Below are positions 36,356 through 46,633 of a DNA stretch of 64,000 nt, one piece after another. Positions within the stretch are counted from its first letter, which is position 1. Each line of letters begins with the position of its first letter. The notes under the pieces were generated by a model. It saw nothing but the letters and a program-made list of their open reading frames with translations, searched no databases and was not told where the DNA came from. Position numbers and translations under genes: made by a program. Source of the stretch: an uncultured Nitrospiraceae bacterium (GTDB lineage: Bacteria > Nitrospirota > Thermodesulfovibrionia > Thermodesulfovibrionales > SM23-35). Where the stretch lies: NCBI GenBank assembly GCA_963727775.1, contig CAVSHB010000002.1:768001-832000 (forward strand), in the 5' to 3' direction.

Positions 36356-37492
36356 ATGGAAAACCAATGGCTTCAGGCTGCGTTATGGATGGGGCTTGCT
36401 CTTGTGGCGACATTGCTCTCTGTGAGGATCGCGATATCGATCGCCTTGCTCGAAATAATGGTCGGCGTGATCGGCGGGAACTTCCTGCCTCTCCAGAGGA
36501 CCGAATGGGTGAATTTCCTTGCCGGGTTCGGTAGCATCTTACTCACTTTCCTCGCAGGGGCGGAGGTTGAACCGGAGATTCTCAGGAAAAAATTCAAAGA
36601 GAGCTTCGGCATAGGCTTTCTGAGTTTTTTGATACCCTTTTTAGGGGCGATGGCGTATGCATATTACATAGGGGGTTGGACTTTCCAGCAGGCGGCGATA
36701 GCCGGTATTTCCCTCTCAACCACGTCAGTTGCCGTAGTATATGCGGTCATGATAGAGACAGGATATAATGAAACAGAACTCGGCAAACTTATCCTTGCTG
36801 CCTGTTTCATCACTGACCTCGGCACAGTATTGGCGCTGGGTATCTTTTTTGCAAATTATGACTGGCATTTAGTGCTTTTTATCGCGGTAACAATAATTAC
36901 TCTCCTCTTACTTCCTAAATTTACTCCCTGGTTCTTTATGAAAGTCGGCAGCCGGATCAGCGAACCGGAAACGAAATTTATCTTCCTGTTGCTTTTCGGC
37001 CTCGGAGGAATTGCTCTGACTGCGAAAAGTGAAGCGGTACTGCCGGCCTATCTGGTGGGGATGGTATTGGCTCCTTTCTTCCTGAAGAACAGGACGCTCA
37101 GCCACAGAATGAGAGTCACTGCTTTTACTATGCTCACGCCTTTTTACTTTCTCAAAGCAGGCTCATTGGTAAAACTTTCGGCGATGTGGAATAGCGCCTT
37201 GCTGATTCTGATTTTTCTCATGGTCAAAATGGCAGCGAAATTTATAGGGGTATGGCCGGCTACAAAAATTTTCAGCTTCGGTAAGAAAGAAGGTATGTAT
37301 ACAACCCTGCTGATGTCGACGGGTCTTACCTTCGGGACGATATCGGCGCTCTTCGGGTATACGAATAAGATCATTACTCAGGAACAATATACAATACTCG
37401 TTACTGCTGTTATACTTTCAGCAGTAGTACCGACAATAATAGCCCAAAGATGGTTTCAACCTGAGATAAAAAAGGAGGGGAATGATGTTTAA
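36356..37492 (+). CDS. Cation:proton antiporter (CPA2-like)
   Basis: TFLAGAE, SLSTTSVAVV and ITDL motifs; many TM segments; AAGGAGG RBS favours ATG 36356. Confidence 0.9.
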   Translation: MENQWLQAALWMGLALVATLLSVRIAISIALLEIMVGVIGGNFLPLQRTEWVNFLAGFGSILLTFLAGAEVEPEILRKKFKESFGIGFLSFLIPFLGAMAYAYYIGGWTFQQAAIAGISLSTTSVAVVYAVMIETGYNETELGKLILAACFITDLGTVLALGIFFANYDWHLVLFIAVTIITLLLLPKFTPWFFMKVGSRISEPETKFIFLLLFGLGGIALTAKSEAVLPAYLVGMVLAPFFLKNRTLSHRMRVTAFTMLTPFYFLKAGSLVKLSAMWNSALLILIFLMVKMAAKFIGVWPATKIFSFGKKEGMYTTLLMSTGLTFGTISALFGYTNKIITQEQYTILVTAVILSAVVPTIIAQRWFQPEIKKEGNDV

Positions 37493-37907
37493 GAAAATCT
37501 TAATAGCCAATGACGGCTCTGAAGGAGCAAAAAAGGCACTCAAAATTGCCATTGATCTCGCAAATAAATATAGCGCCGAACTCCACAGCATATCCGTAGA
37601 GGAGGGAGTGCCGCACTATGCAGCTACAATCGGAGAAGTAGAAGAATTCAGAAAAGAGGCGAATGAATTTTTCCAGAAAATCAATGACGAGGCAAAGGAA
37701 GAGGCAAAAATTTCCGGAATAGAACTTTATATAAAGGTTCAGGCAGGACATGAAGTTGAAACTATCGTGAATTATGCGAGGGAAGGGAAATTCGATCTCC
37801 TCGTGATAGGCTTTATGGGGCATTCAAAGATATTCGGAAGAGTCTGGGGGTCAACCTCACAGAATATTACAAAGCTGTCTCCTTGTACCGTTGTTGTGGT
37901 AAAATGA
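37482..37907 (+). CDS. Universal stress protein
   Basis: KKILIANDGS, DLLVIGFMG and GSTSQ...PCTVVVVK motifs. Confidence 0.92.
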   Translation: MMFKKILIANDGSEGAKKALKIAIDLANKYSAELHSISVEEGVPHYAATIGEVEEFRKEANEFFQKINDEAKEEAKISGIELYIKVQAGHEVETIVNYAREGKFDLLVIGFMGHSKIFGRVWGSTSQNITKLSPCTVVVVK

Positions 37908-37914
37908 TTTAAAC

Positions 37915-37966
37915 GGCGATGGAGTTCGCTCAACCGTCTCGCTTGATCGGGACTGATAACTCCTAC
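37915..37966 (+). ncRNA. Fluoride (crcB) riboswitch 2
   Basis: GGCGATGGAGTTCGCT-CAACCG...CTGATAACTCCTAC; pseudoknot GGAGTT/AACTCC. Confidence 0.9.
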
Positions 37967-37993
37967 CAAAGACTTCTTTGGTAGGAGTTTTTT
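37958..37993 (+). terminator. Riboswitch 2 terminator
   Basis: AACTCCTACCAAAG / CTTTGGTAGGAGTT perfect stem plus T-tract, overlapping the aptamer 3' end. Confidence 0.88.
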
Positions 37994-38047
37994 AGTTTTG
38001 AGATAACAACATGACTCCTGCCGAGAGAAGGTGAAGGGAGGTTAATA

Positions 38048-39802
38048 ATGGTTCTCGACAAATACTCGCATTTCAAAGAAGAACTTGTAGAGTGTATCAA
38101 CTCTATCCTGACAATCGAAGGCATCACCGGCAGCATCTGTGAAGAAATCAGAGAAAAAATCGAAAATAATGTATTTAACCTTGTTGTTCTTGGACAGTTC
38201 AAGAGGGGCAAGACCACCCTCATAAATGCGCTCCTCGGAGCAGAAATATTGCCTACCGCTGTTGTACCTCTAACATCTATTGCAACAATCCTCACATACG
38301 GCGAGACGTTGAATATCAAAGTATATTTCAACGACGGCAGGGTGCCCGAAATTGAACCGGCGAGCCTCCCACAATATGTTACAGAAAAAGGAAATCCAAG
38401 GAACGAAAAGGATGTGCGGGAAGTCATCATTACCTACCCGTCGTCTTATCTGAAAGACGGTGTAAGGCTGATTGACACTCCCGGCGTCGGCTCCATTTAT
38501 GAACATAATACCGATGTTGCCTATCAGTATCTTCCAAAGTCGGATGCAGCCTTATTCCTCATTTCTGTGGACCAGCCGTTGAGCAAGGCTGAGTTGGATT
38601 TCCTTAAGGACGTAAGAGAGTATTCGAACAGGATATTCTTTCTTCTCAGCAAAGCGGACTACTTCTCCGAGCCTGACCTCCGGGAGTCGATGGAATTTTC
38701 AATGGATGTGCTCACAAAGGCGATGGGGACTGAAGTGCGGATCTTCCCGGTTTCTGCAAAACTTGCCCTTGAAGGGAAGGTTTCAGGCGCCGAAGACCTT
38801 GTCAATAAAAGCCGACTTCCACAATTTTCAGAAGTGCTCAACAATTTCCTTATGGAGGAAAAGGGAAAGATACTGATCATATCGATTGCGAACAATCTGC
38901 TCCGGCTGATCTCTCAGGTGAGGTTCGCACTTGAACTTGAAATGAAATCGCTCTTCACACCCCTTGAGGAACTGCAGGAGAAGATAAAGATCTTCGAAAA
39001 GAAGGAGAAGGATGTCCTGACGGAAAAGGGCGATTTTGACTTGCTGTTGGATGCTGAAGTTAAAAAGATAATCAACAACGTTCTTGAAGAAGACCTCAGG
39101 GTTTTCAGGCAGGAGTTGATTCTTAAAGTATCCGAAATCCTTGAAAGCCGCTACAAAGAGTATTCTGACATGTCTCTGAAGAAGCTTCGGGAGCAGCTTG
39201 AGAAGGAGATTATCACAGAAGTAAAACAGGCGTTTGCATCCTGGCGCATCATCGAAGATGAAAAGCTGGCAAAGACCTTTGAGACGGTCTGCAGGAGGTT
39301 TGTTACAAAGATCGATGAGACGGTGGATTCCCTTCATAAGTTTTCTTCCGAGCTTTTCGCGGTACCCTTTGATGCGGTGAAGGCAGAGGCGCTTTGGTCA
39401 TCGAAGTCCGAGTTTTACTACAGATTCCAGGAACAACCGGTGGGTATTGAGATAGTGACATCGTCGGTGACTTTGTTGCTGCCGAAGTTCATCGGCGAGA
39501 AGATAATCCTAAAGAAGATGAAGGAATACTTGTGTCGGGTTACTGACCTGCACACCGCCAGGGTCGGTTACGACTTTGAAAAGAAGCTGGACAAGGGCAA
39601 ACTCGATTTCAGATGGGAGATGCGCCGCAGGATAGAGGCAACCATCGAAGGGATCAGAACCGCCATAGACAAAGGAATGACTCAAAGATCCGGAGGTGAG
39701 AAGGAGGCGACTGAAAGGAAGAGCCAGGTCTCACATGTTCTTGTCCTGCTTGACGGAATTAAGGAAAAACTGATTCAGATACAGCAAAAGGTTTCTTCTT
39801 AA
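38048..39802 (+). CDS. Dynamin-like GTPase
   Basis: G1 GQFKRGKTT, G2 PLT, G3 DTPG, G4 SKAD; long helical C-terminal stalk; GGAGG RBS. Confidence 0.9.
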   Translation: MVLDKYSHFKEELVECINSILTIEGITGSICEEIREKIENNVFNLVVLGQFKRGKTTLINALLGAEILPTAVVPLTSIATILTYGETLNIKVYFNDGRVPEIEPASLPQYVTEKGNPRNEKDVREVIITYPSSYLKDGVRLIDTPGVGSIYEHNTDVAYQYLPKSDAALFLISVDQPLSKAELDFLKDVREYSNRIFFLLSKADYFSEPDLRESMEFSMDVLTKAMGTEVRIFPVSAKLALEGKVSGAEDLVNKSRLPQFSEVLNNFLMEEKGKILIISIANNLLRLISQVRFALELEMKSLFTPLEELQEKIKIFEKKEKDVLTEKGDFDLLLDAEVKKIINNVLEEDLRVFRQELILKVSEILESRYKEYSDMSLKKLREQLEKEIITEVKQAFASWRIIEDEKLAKTFETVCRRFVTKIDETVDSLHKFSSELFAVPFDAVKAEALWSSKSEFYYRFQEQPVGIEIVTSSVTLLLPKFIGEKIILKKMKEYLCRVTDLHTARVGYDFEKKLDKGKLDFRWEMRRRIEATIEGIRTAIDKGMTQRSGGEKEATERKSQVSHVLVLLDGIKEKLIQIQQKVSS

Positions 39803-39822
39803 TTCTAAAAAAGAGAAGTTAT

Positions 39823-39880
39823 AGAACGATGGAGACCGTTCTTTTAAGTGTCCTGTTATATCAGGTCTGATGACTTCTAC
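39823..39880 (+). ncRNA. Fluoride (crcB) riboswitch 3, variant
   Basis: AGAAC-GATGGAGACC-GTTCT P1, CCTG/CAGG hairpin, CTGATGACTTCTAC 3' motif. Confidence 0.72.
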
Positions 39881-39893
39881 GGATAAATCTTAG

Positions 39894-41210
<1,317 letters not shown>

Positions 41211-41218
41211 AAAGCGTC

Positions 41219-41473
41219 TTAAATCAAACTTAGCCAGAGATAACCAATAAATATGCATAAGATTGATAAAGGGATGCCAATTTTCATGTGCCCAATGAAG
41301 CCTATTTTAACCGCAGGTCTTGCCCCTTCTATCAGTATAAGGTTTCCTATGGACCCTAAAATCGTCAGATTACCGGCAAGGGTGCTGCTCATGGCAAGTA
41401 AAAGCCCTGTTTTTTCTTGATCAATAATCGATGGAATTATATTAAAGCCATTTATTAGACAACACACTATCAC
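41219..41473 (-). pseudogene. C-terminal fragment of an ArsB/NhaD-type anion transporter
   Basis: LAMSSTLAGNLTILGSIGNLILIE signature; only the last TM segments remain. Confidence 0.75.
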
Positions 41474-41580
41474 ATATAGAATAGGTTTTGACAGTATGAT
41501 ATATTTTTGCTACATGTATATAGCTGGTAAAATGGTTTTGATCTGAGTGAAAACTGAAATCCAAAAATCTTACTGATTAA

Positions 41581-42762
41581 ATGGATAGCCAGAAAAACAT
41601 TGCCTATCGCTTCATTGTCATCATGGGGATTGTCAGTATGTTTGGGGACATAACCTATGAAGGCGCTAGAAGTATTACCGGCCCTTATATGGCGGTCCTG
41701 GGGGCGAGTGCGGGCATGGTCGGTCTTATTACGGGTATCGGAGAGTTTGTAGGATATGCGCTGCGTCTTGTTTCGGGGCGGTTGGCTGACAGGGCCGGAG
41801 CGTACTGGCCCCTTACATTCATAGGATACGGTCTAATTTTTTTCATACCATTGCTGGGGTTGACGGGTTACTGGCAGCTTGCAGCGGTTTTTATCATTTT
41901 GGAGCGGATGGGAAAGGCGATTAGGACCCCTGCGAGAGATGCGATACTCTCCCATGCAACAAAGCGGGTGGGCCGGGGCTGGGGATTTGCTTTGCACGAA
42001 GCACTCGACCAGGTCGGTGCTTTTATCGGCCCGCTGATCTTTTACTCCGTATTTATTTTAAAGGGCGGCTATCGCGAAGGGTTTACTATCTTATGGATTC
42101 CCGCACTCTTAACTTTAGTCTTTCTCACTATAGCGAGGATTAAGGTACCGTCGTCTGAGAATTTCGAGATTCCTCTTGATATGCCCCGACACAAAGGAAA
42201 AGGAAGGCTTCCGAAGATTTTCTGGCTTTACACGATTTTTGCATTCTTTAGTGTCGCCGGGTTTGCCCATTTTCAGATAATCTCCTACCACCTTAAGGTA
42301 CAGTCGGTTTTTTCCGATACGTATATCCCCGTGCTTTATGCAACAGCCATGGCTGTAGATGCAGTGATAGCGCTGATTATAGGAAGAATATACGACAGGG
42401 TTGGGATGACCTCTCTGATATTGCTGCCTATTTTGACCTTCCCTGTTCCCTTTCTCGGTTTTTCACTAAACCACAATTTTGTGGTTATAAGCATTGTACT
42501 ATGGGGCGCGGTTATGGGGGTCCATGAGACGATTATGCGCGCCGCTATCGCCGATTTGACGCCTATAGAAAACAGAGGGTTTGCATACGGAATTTTTAAT
42601 GCCGTATATGGAGCTTCGTGGTTCTTGGGAAGCGCAATCATGGGTTTCCTCTATGACCTTTCACTCGGTTATTTGTTTGTCTTTGTCGCGCTCATGGAGT
42701 CGATCTCCGTCCCGATATTTTTTCTGATAAAAAGAGAAAACTTTATAATGGTCAAAAAATAG
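41581..42762 (+). CDS. MFS transporter
   Basis: GIVSMFGDITYEGARS, GRLADR and GKAIRTPARD motifs. Confidence 0.9.
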   Translation: MDSQKNIAYRFIVIMGIVSMFGDITYEGARSITGPYMAVLGASAGMVGLITGIGEFVGYALRLVSGRLADRAGAYWPLTFIGYGLIFFIPLLGLTGYWQLAAVFIILERMGKAIRTPARDAILSHATKRVGRGWGFALHEALDQVGAFIGPLIFYSVFILKGGYREGFTILWIPALLTLVFLTIARIKVPSSENFEIPLDMPRHKGKGRLPKIFWLYTIFAFFSVAGFAHFQIISYHLKVQSVFSDTYIPVLYATAMAVDAVIALIIGRIYDRVGMTSLILLPILTFPVPFLGFSLNHNFVVISIVLWGAVMGVHETIMRAAIADLTPIENRGFAYGIFNAVYGASWFLGSAIMGFLYDLSLGYLFVFVALMESISVPIFFLIKRENFIMVKK

Positions 42763-43622
42763 TGGCGGCGGGACGCAGGCTTGGTGTTCATACCTCTATC
42801 GCCGGCGGGTTACACCTAAGCCTGGAAAGGGCTCACGCTCTGGGATGTAATACGTTGCAGATATTTTCCCATAACCCGAGGGGATGGTCTGTGAAGAACA
42901 TTTCTGAAGAAGAAGCCTCCCGGTTTAAATTACTCAGAGAAAAGTTCAATATTTCCCCGGTTTATATCCACACATCTTACCTTATAAATATGGCGTCCGG
43001 AGACGAAGCGCTGAGAAGAAAATCCGTTGAGCTGCTTGCCGTTGAAATGGAAAGGGCTGATTCTATCGGCGCGGATTATGTGATACTTCATGCGGGAAGC
43101 GCATCCGGGGATGAGCGGCGGACCGCAAGGCAAAGGACGGTGGAAGCATTAAATGATCTTGAACTGATGGGACGATGGAAAGCGGGTCTACTCATAGAAA
43201 ATACCTCCGGTAAAAAAGGGGACATCTCCTCGGCTATCTCTGAACTGTCGGATATCATGAACGGCGCCAAAGGTCCGTTGATATCAGGCATATGCTTCGA
43301 CACCTGCCATGCCTTTGCGGCGGGATATGACATCCGCCGCGATGACGGTGTAAAAAGGATTTCAGATGAAATAAGAAGGGATATCGGAGACGGTAAAATA
43401 AAAGCGGTCCACCTTAACGATTCGAAAGGCGACTGCGGTTCGGGCGTCGACAGGCATGAACATATAGGTTTAGGGAAGATAGGGGCGGAAGCGCTAAGCC
43501 GTTTCATTCAATGCAGGCATTTCAAAGACGTCCCTCTGATCCTCGAAACTCCGAAGAAGAGAGAGTCCGATGATCCGATGAATTTGGCGAAAGTCAGGAA
43601 GCTGATGAGAATGAAACGATAG
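42762..43622 (+). CDS. nfo: Endonuclease IV
   Basis: GVHTSIAGG, IENT, CFDTCHAFAAG, HLNDSK, DRHEH and ILETP motifs. Confidence 0.95.
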   Translation: MAAGRRLGVHTSIAGGLHLSLERAHALGCNTLQIFSHNPRGWSVKNISEEEASRFKLLREKFNISPVYIHTSYLINMASGDEALRRKSVELLAVEMERADSIGADYVILHAGSASGDERRTARQRTVEALNDLELMGRWKAGLLIENTSGKKGDISSAISELSDIMNGAKGPLISGICFDTCHAFAAGYDIRRDDGVKRISDEIRRDIGDGKIKAVHLNDSKGDCGSGVDRHEHIGLGKIGAEALSRFIQCRHFKDVPLILETPKKRESDDPMNLAKVRKLMRMKR

Positions 43623-43702
43623 TTCAAGAATTGAGAACGACTGTTCTGAATATAGGATCGTTTACAAAAATGCATTATTTGTTCTCAAATGTAATTTTTT
43701 TG

Positions 43703-43731
43703 TTGACAAATAGAATTTGTTGGTGTATAAA
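43703..43731 (+). promoter_or_regulatory. sigma70-type promoter
   Basis: TTGACA-N17-TATAAA. Confidence 0.7.
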
Positions 43732-43748
43732 TACATTAAGGTGAAAAA

Positions 43749-44294
43749 ATGTTAAAGAGTTTATTCTCATCATCAGTAAGGGCGGATGTGCTCTCGCTGC
43801 TTCTGAACAGCCCCGACGAACAGTTCTATATCCGTGAGATTGCGACACTCCTCAGAAAGAACCCATCAGGCATAAAGAGGGAACTCGATAACCTCGAAAA
43901 GATGGATATTGTGACGAGCGAAAGGATTGTCAACCTCAGATACTTCCAGGCGAATAAGGAGTCACCCCTGTTCTCTGAATTGAAAAATCTGATAACAAAA
44001 TCACTCGGCCTGCCCGGCGCGCTTAAGGCGGTCCTGAGGGCCGCCGGTACGAAGGCGGCTTTTATCTACGGTCCGTATGCTGAGGGGGACGATGTAGACA
44101 GAGTGGATCTTTTTGTTATCGGTGCGTCATCATCACTGACAAAAGAAATCAAGGACCTTGAAAAGAGGTTTGATCAAAAAATTAACTTTGCAATGATGGA
44201 TGAAGAGGAATACAGACTGAAAAAGAAGAAGGGTGATGCAAACCTGAAAAGGCTTTTATCAGGCAAAAGGATAACACTTATCGGCAGATTATAA
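43749..44294 (+). CDS. Winged-HTH protein fused to a degenerate nucleotidyltransferase-like domain
   Basis: LFSSSVR...FYIREIA...IKRELDNL HTH; AFIYGPYAEG...VDLFVIG where GS...DxD is expected. Confidence 0.75.
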   Translation: MLKSLFSSSVRADVLSLLLNSPDEQFYIREIATLLRKNPSGIKRELDNLEKMDIVTSERIVNLRYFQANKESPLFSELKNLITKSLGLPGALKAVLRAAGTKAAFIYGPYAEGDDVDRVDLFVIGASSSLTKEIKDLEKRFDQKINFAMMDEEEYRLKKKKGDANLKRLLSGKRITLIGRL

Positions 44295-44354
44295 ATGGGT
44301 AAGTGCTCCGCATCTCCTTCACCGGGAGTGCGGATAGAAAGGGGGTGAATTATC

Positions 44355-44414
44355 ATGGCAGCTACAAAGAAAGCAGCGAAGAAGCCGGCAAAGAAGACCG
44401 CAAAAAAGAAATAG
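44355..44414 (+). CDS. Putative 19-aa histone-H1-like basic micropeptide
   Basis: MAATKKAAKKPAKKTAKKK*; AGGGGGTGA RBS; terminator downstream. Confidence 0.6.
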   Translation: MAATKKAAKKPAKKTAKKK

Positions 44415-44446
44415 TTTAGATCTACATGCACACACACACATTTTTT

Positions 44447-44479
44447 AGGCTGGAGAGAACTTCTCCAGCCTTCTTTTTG
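44447..44479 (+). terminator. Rho-independent terminator
   Basis: AGGCTGGAGA-gaact-TCTCCAGCCT followed by TCTTTTT. Confidence 0.8.
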
Positions 44480-44556
44480 CGGTCTTCCTACATATAAAAC
44501 TCTATTCTGCGGAAAAATTCAAGTAAAATTTATAACTTATTGAAAAATAAGCTATT

Positions 44557-45435
44557 TTAAGTAAGCGAAAGGGTTTGCGGCTGGCTGACTTCCGATACCA
44601 ATTCCCAATACTCCGGATGTGAAAACAGCTTTTTCAGGAACTTAAGGTTTGTGGTATGGCCTGACTTATTAGCAATAATATGACCTTGGATAGGAAATCC
44701 TGAGAGAGAAAGGTCGCCGATAAGATCGAGTATTTTATGACGGACAAATTCGTCTTTAAACCTTAATCCCGTGGAATTCAGCACCCCGGTTTCTCCGAGT
44801 ATTATGGCATTATCGAAGGAGCCGCCCCTTGCGAAGCCGTTTGCTTTAAGGTATTCGACGTCTTTCAGAAATCCGAAAGTCCTTGCAGGGGCTATTTCCA
44901 TAGTGAAGCTTTCCTCATTGAGGTCAAGGCTTAACTTTTGCTCACCGAGTAAATGATGGGTAAAGTGGATCCTGTAAGTTATACGCCTGCCGTTATACGG
45001 GAAGGCGGCAATCTCGGCATGGCCATCGGTAAGCACTATAGGGCTTGTAATTCTTATATAAGGTCTCTTTTTGCTCTGTTTTGCGATCCCGCTGTTGAGG
45101 ATCATGCTTGTCAGATCTATTGAACTGCCGTCGAGGATGGGGATTTCGGACCCGTTTACTTCTATAAAGGCGTTATCGATACCGAGTCCTGCCAAAGCGG
45201 CAAGCATGTGTTCAACCGTCCTTATTTTAGCACCGTTGAACCCGATCGTAGTGGCAAATGCCGTATCAGTGACCGAGCCGATGGAAGCCTTAATCGCCAG
45301 GTTCTTGTCTGACCGTATAAATAAGATTCCGGTATCCCGGGGCGCCGGCTTAAGGCATACCTTAGTGTTGCGACCGGTGTGAAGCCCGATACCTTCAAAA
45401 CTTACTTCCTGTTTTAGTGTCCTTTGTAAACGCAT
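44557..45435 (-). CDS. lpxC: UDP-3-O-acyl-GlcNAc deacetylase
   Basis: GIGLHTG, TVEH, ARTFGF, HKILDLIGD and SGH motifs. Confidence 0.97.
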   Translation of the reverse strand: MRLQRTLKQEVSFEGIGLHTGRNTKVCLKPAPRDTGILFIRSDKNLAIKASIGSVTDTAFATTIGFNGAKIRTVEHMLAALAGLGIDNAFIEVNGSEIPILDGSSIDLTSMILNSGIAKQSKKRPYIRITSPIVLTDGHAEIAAFPYNGRRITYRIHFTHHLLGEQKLSLDLNEESFTMEIAPARTFGFLKDVEYLKANGFARGGSFDNAIILGETGVLNSTGLRFKDEFVRHKILDLIGDLSLSGFPIQGHIIANKSGHTTNLKFLKKLFSHPEYWELVSEVSQPQTLSLT

Positions 45436-45483
45436 AGTTTATATAATAAGATTTTGTAAGTAATAAAAAATCTATTTATAGGT

Positions 45484-45499
45484 TGCAAGTATAATGCCA
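45484..45499 (-). promoter_or_regulatory. sigma54 promoter of lpxC
   Basis: Minus strand TGGCAT-TATAC-TTGCA, about 50 nt upstream of the lpxC ATG. Confidence 0.7.
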
Positions 45500-45843
45500 G
45501 ATAAAAAGGCAAGAATTTTACAGTTATTATTAACAGAGGTTTATTCAGGACAATGGCTCTATAAAAAGTCTTGGCAGTATAAGTTAAAGTGTTTGTTGAA
45601 ATATAATGCAAGACGGCAAACAGAAGGTGTGTTGTCTGTTATCAATGATGTGTGTATTATTTAACACAGTGATAACCCCATTGCCCTCTGATATGTTAAA
45701 ATCGAATTTATAAACTATTTAATTATTAGTACATATATTAGCACAGAACTGCTTATTTGAACCCTTTGCACCTCCCTTTCCGCACTAAGGCAGCTTCGGC
45801 GGGGTGAAAGGGGGAAGGATAGCGGGGTTATGGAGATAATAAA

Positions 45844-46626
45844 ATGCTGGGAATTATAGGCGGGAGCGGCCTCTACGGAGTTGAAGGGTTAGTCATGAAA
45901 AGGGCGAAGAAGATAAAAACGCCCTTTGGCGCGCCATCCGATTCTTATTCTATGGGTGAATTTTCGGGGAAGGACATTATATTTCTTCCAAGACATGGGT
46001 TGAAGCATAAAATTCCCCCCCATAAGATAAATTACAGGGCAAATATATGGGGGTTTAAAAAACTCGGGGTAGAAAGAATCATATCCTTCGGCGCTACCGG
46101 GGGAATAAGCCATGGTATGAAGCCGGGGACGATTGTTGTTCCCGATCAGATCATCGATATGACGAGCGGCAGGGATTCAACCTTCTACTCCGATGAAGGA
46201 GACGTTGTTCATATGGATTTTACAGAGCCGTATTGCCCTGAATTGAGGGCTTCTCTTTTTCGTGCCGGAGAGAGATCGGGAATCAAAGTCAAGAAATCGG
46301 GAACCTATGTGTGTACGAATGGTCCAAGGCTTGAAACCGGGGCCGAGATAAAGTTTTTTTCAGAAATCGACGCGGATATTGTCGGCATGACGGCGATGCC
46401 CGAGGCGGCGCTCGCAAGGGAAGCGGAGCTTTGTTATGCGGGGGTTGCCGTTGTTACAAATTATGCGGCCGGGATTAGGGAAAAGAAACTGACGGCAGCA
46501 GAGGTTATCGACGTGATGAATAAGACCACCGGGAGGCTAAAAGAACTTCTGAAAGCGGTTTTGAGTATGGTACCCTCTGAAAGAAACTGTGCGTGTAAGG
46601 AAGCCCTGGCAAAGGCGAAGGTTTAA
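45844..46626 (+). CDS. mtnP: S-methyl-5'-thioadenosine phosphorylase
   Basis: GIIGGSG, TPFGAPS, PRHG, NYRANI, GPRLET and VGMT motifs. Confidence 0.92.
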   Translation: MLGIIGGSGLYGVEGLVMKRAKKIKTPFGAPSDSYSMGEFSGKDIIFLPRHGLKHKIPPHKINYRANIWGFKKLGVERIISFGATGGISHGMKPGTIVVPDQIIDMTSGRDSTFYSDEGDVVHMDFTEPYCPELRASLFRAGERSGIKVKKSGTYVCTNGPRLETGAEIKFFSEIDADIVGMTAMPEAALAREAELCYAGVAVVTNYAAGIREKKLTAAEVIDVMNKTTGRLKELLKAVLSMVPSERNCACKEALAKAKV

Positions 46627-46633
46627 GCGGCAT

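Noticed and set aside
41480..41580. Fourth fluoride riboswitch before the MFS gene
   Set aside because: No GATGG...TGAT.AC..CTAC motif present
44174..44437. Minus-strand 87-aa ORF (FFAVFFAGFFAAFF)
   Set aside because: Antisense shadow of the basic micropeptide and the HTH gene
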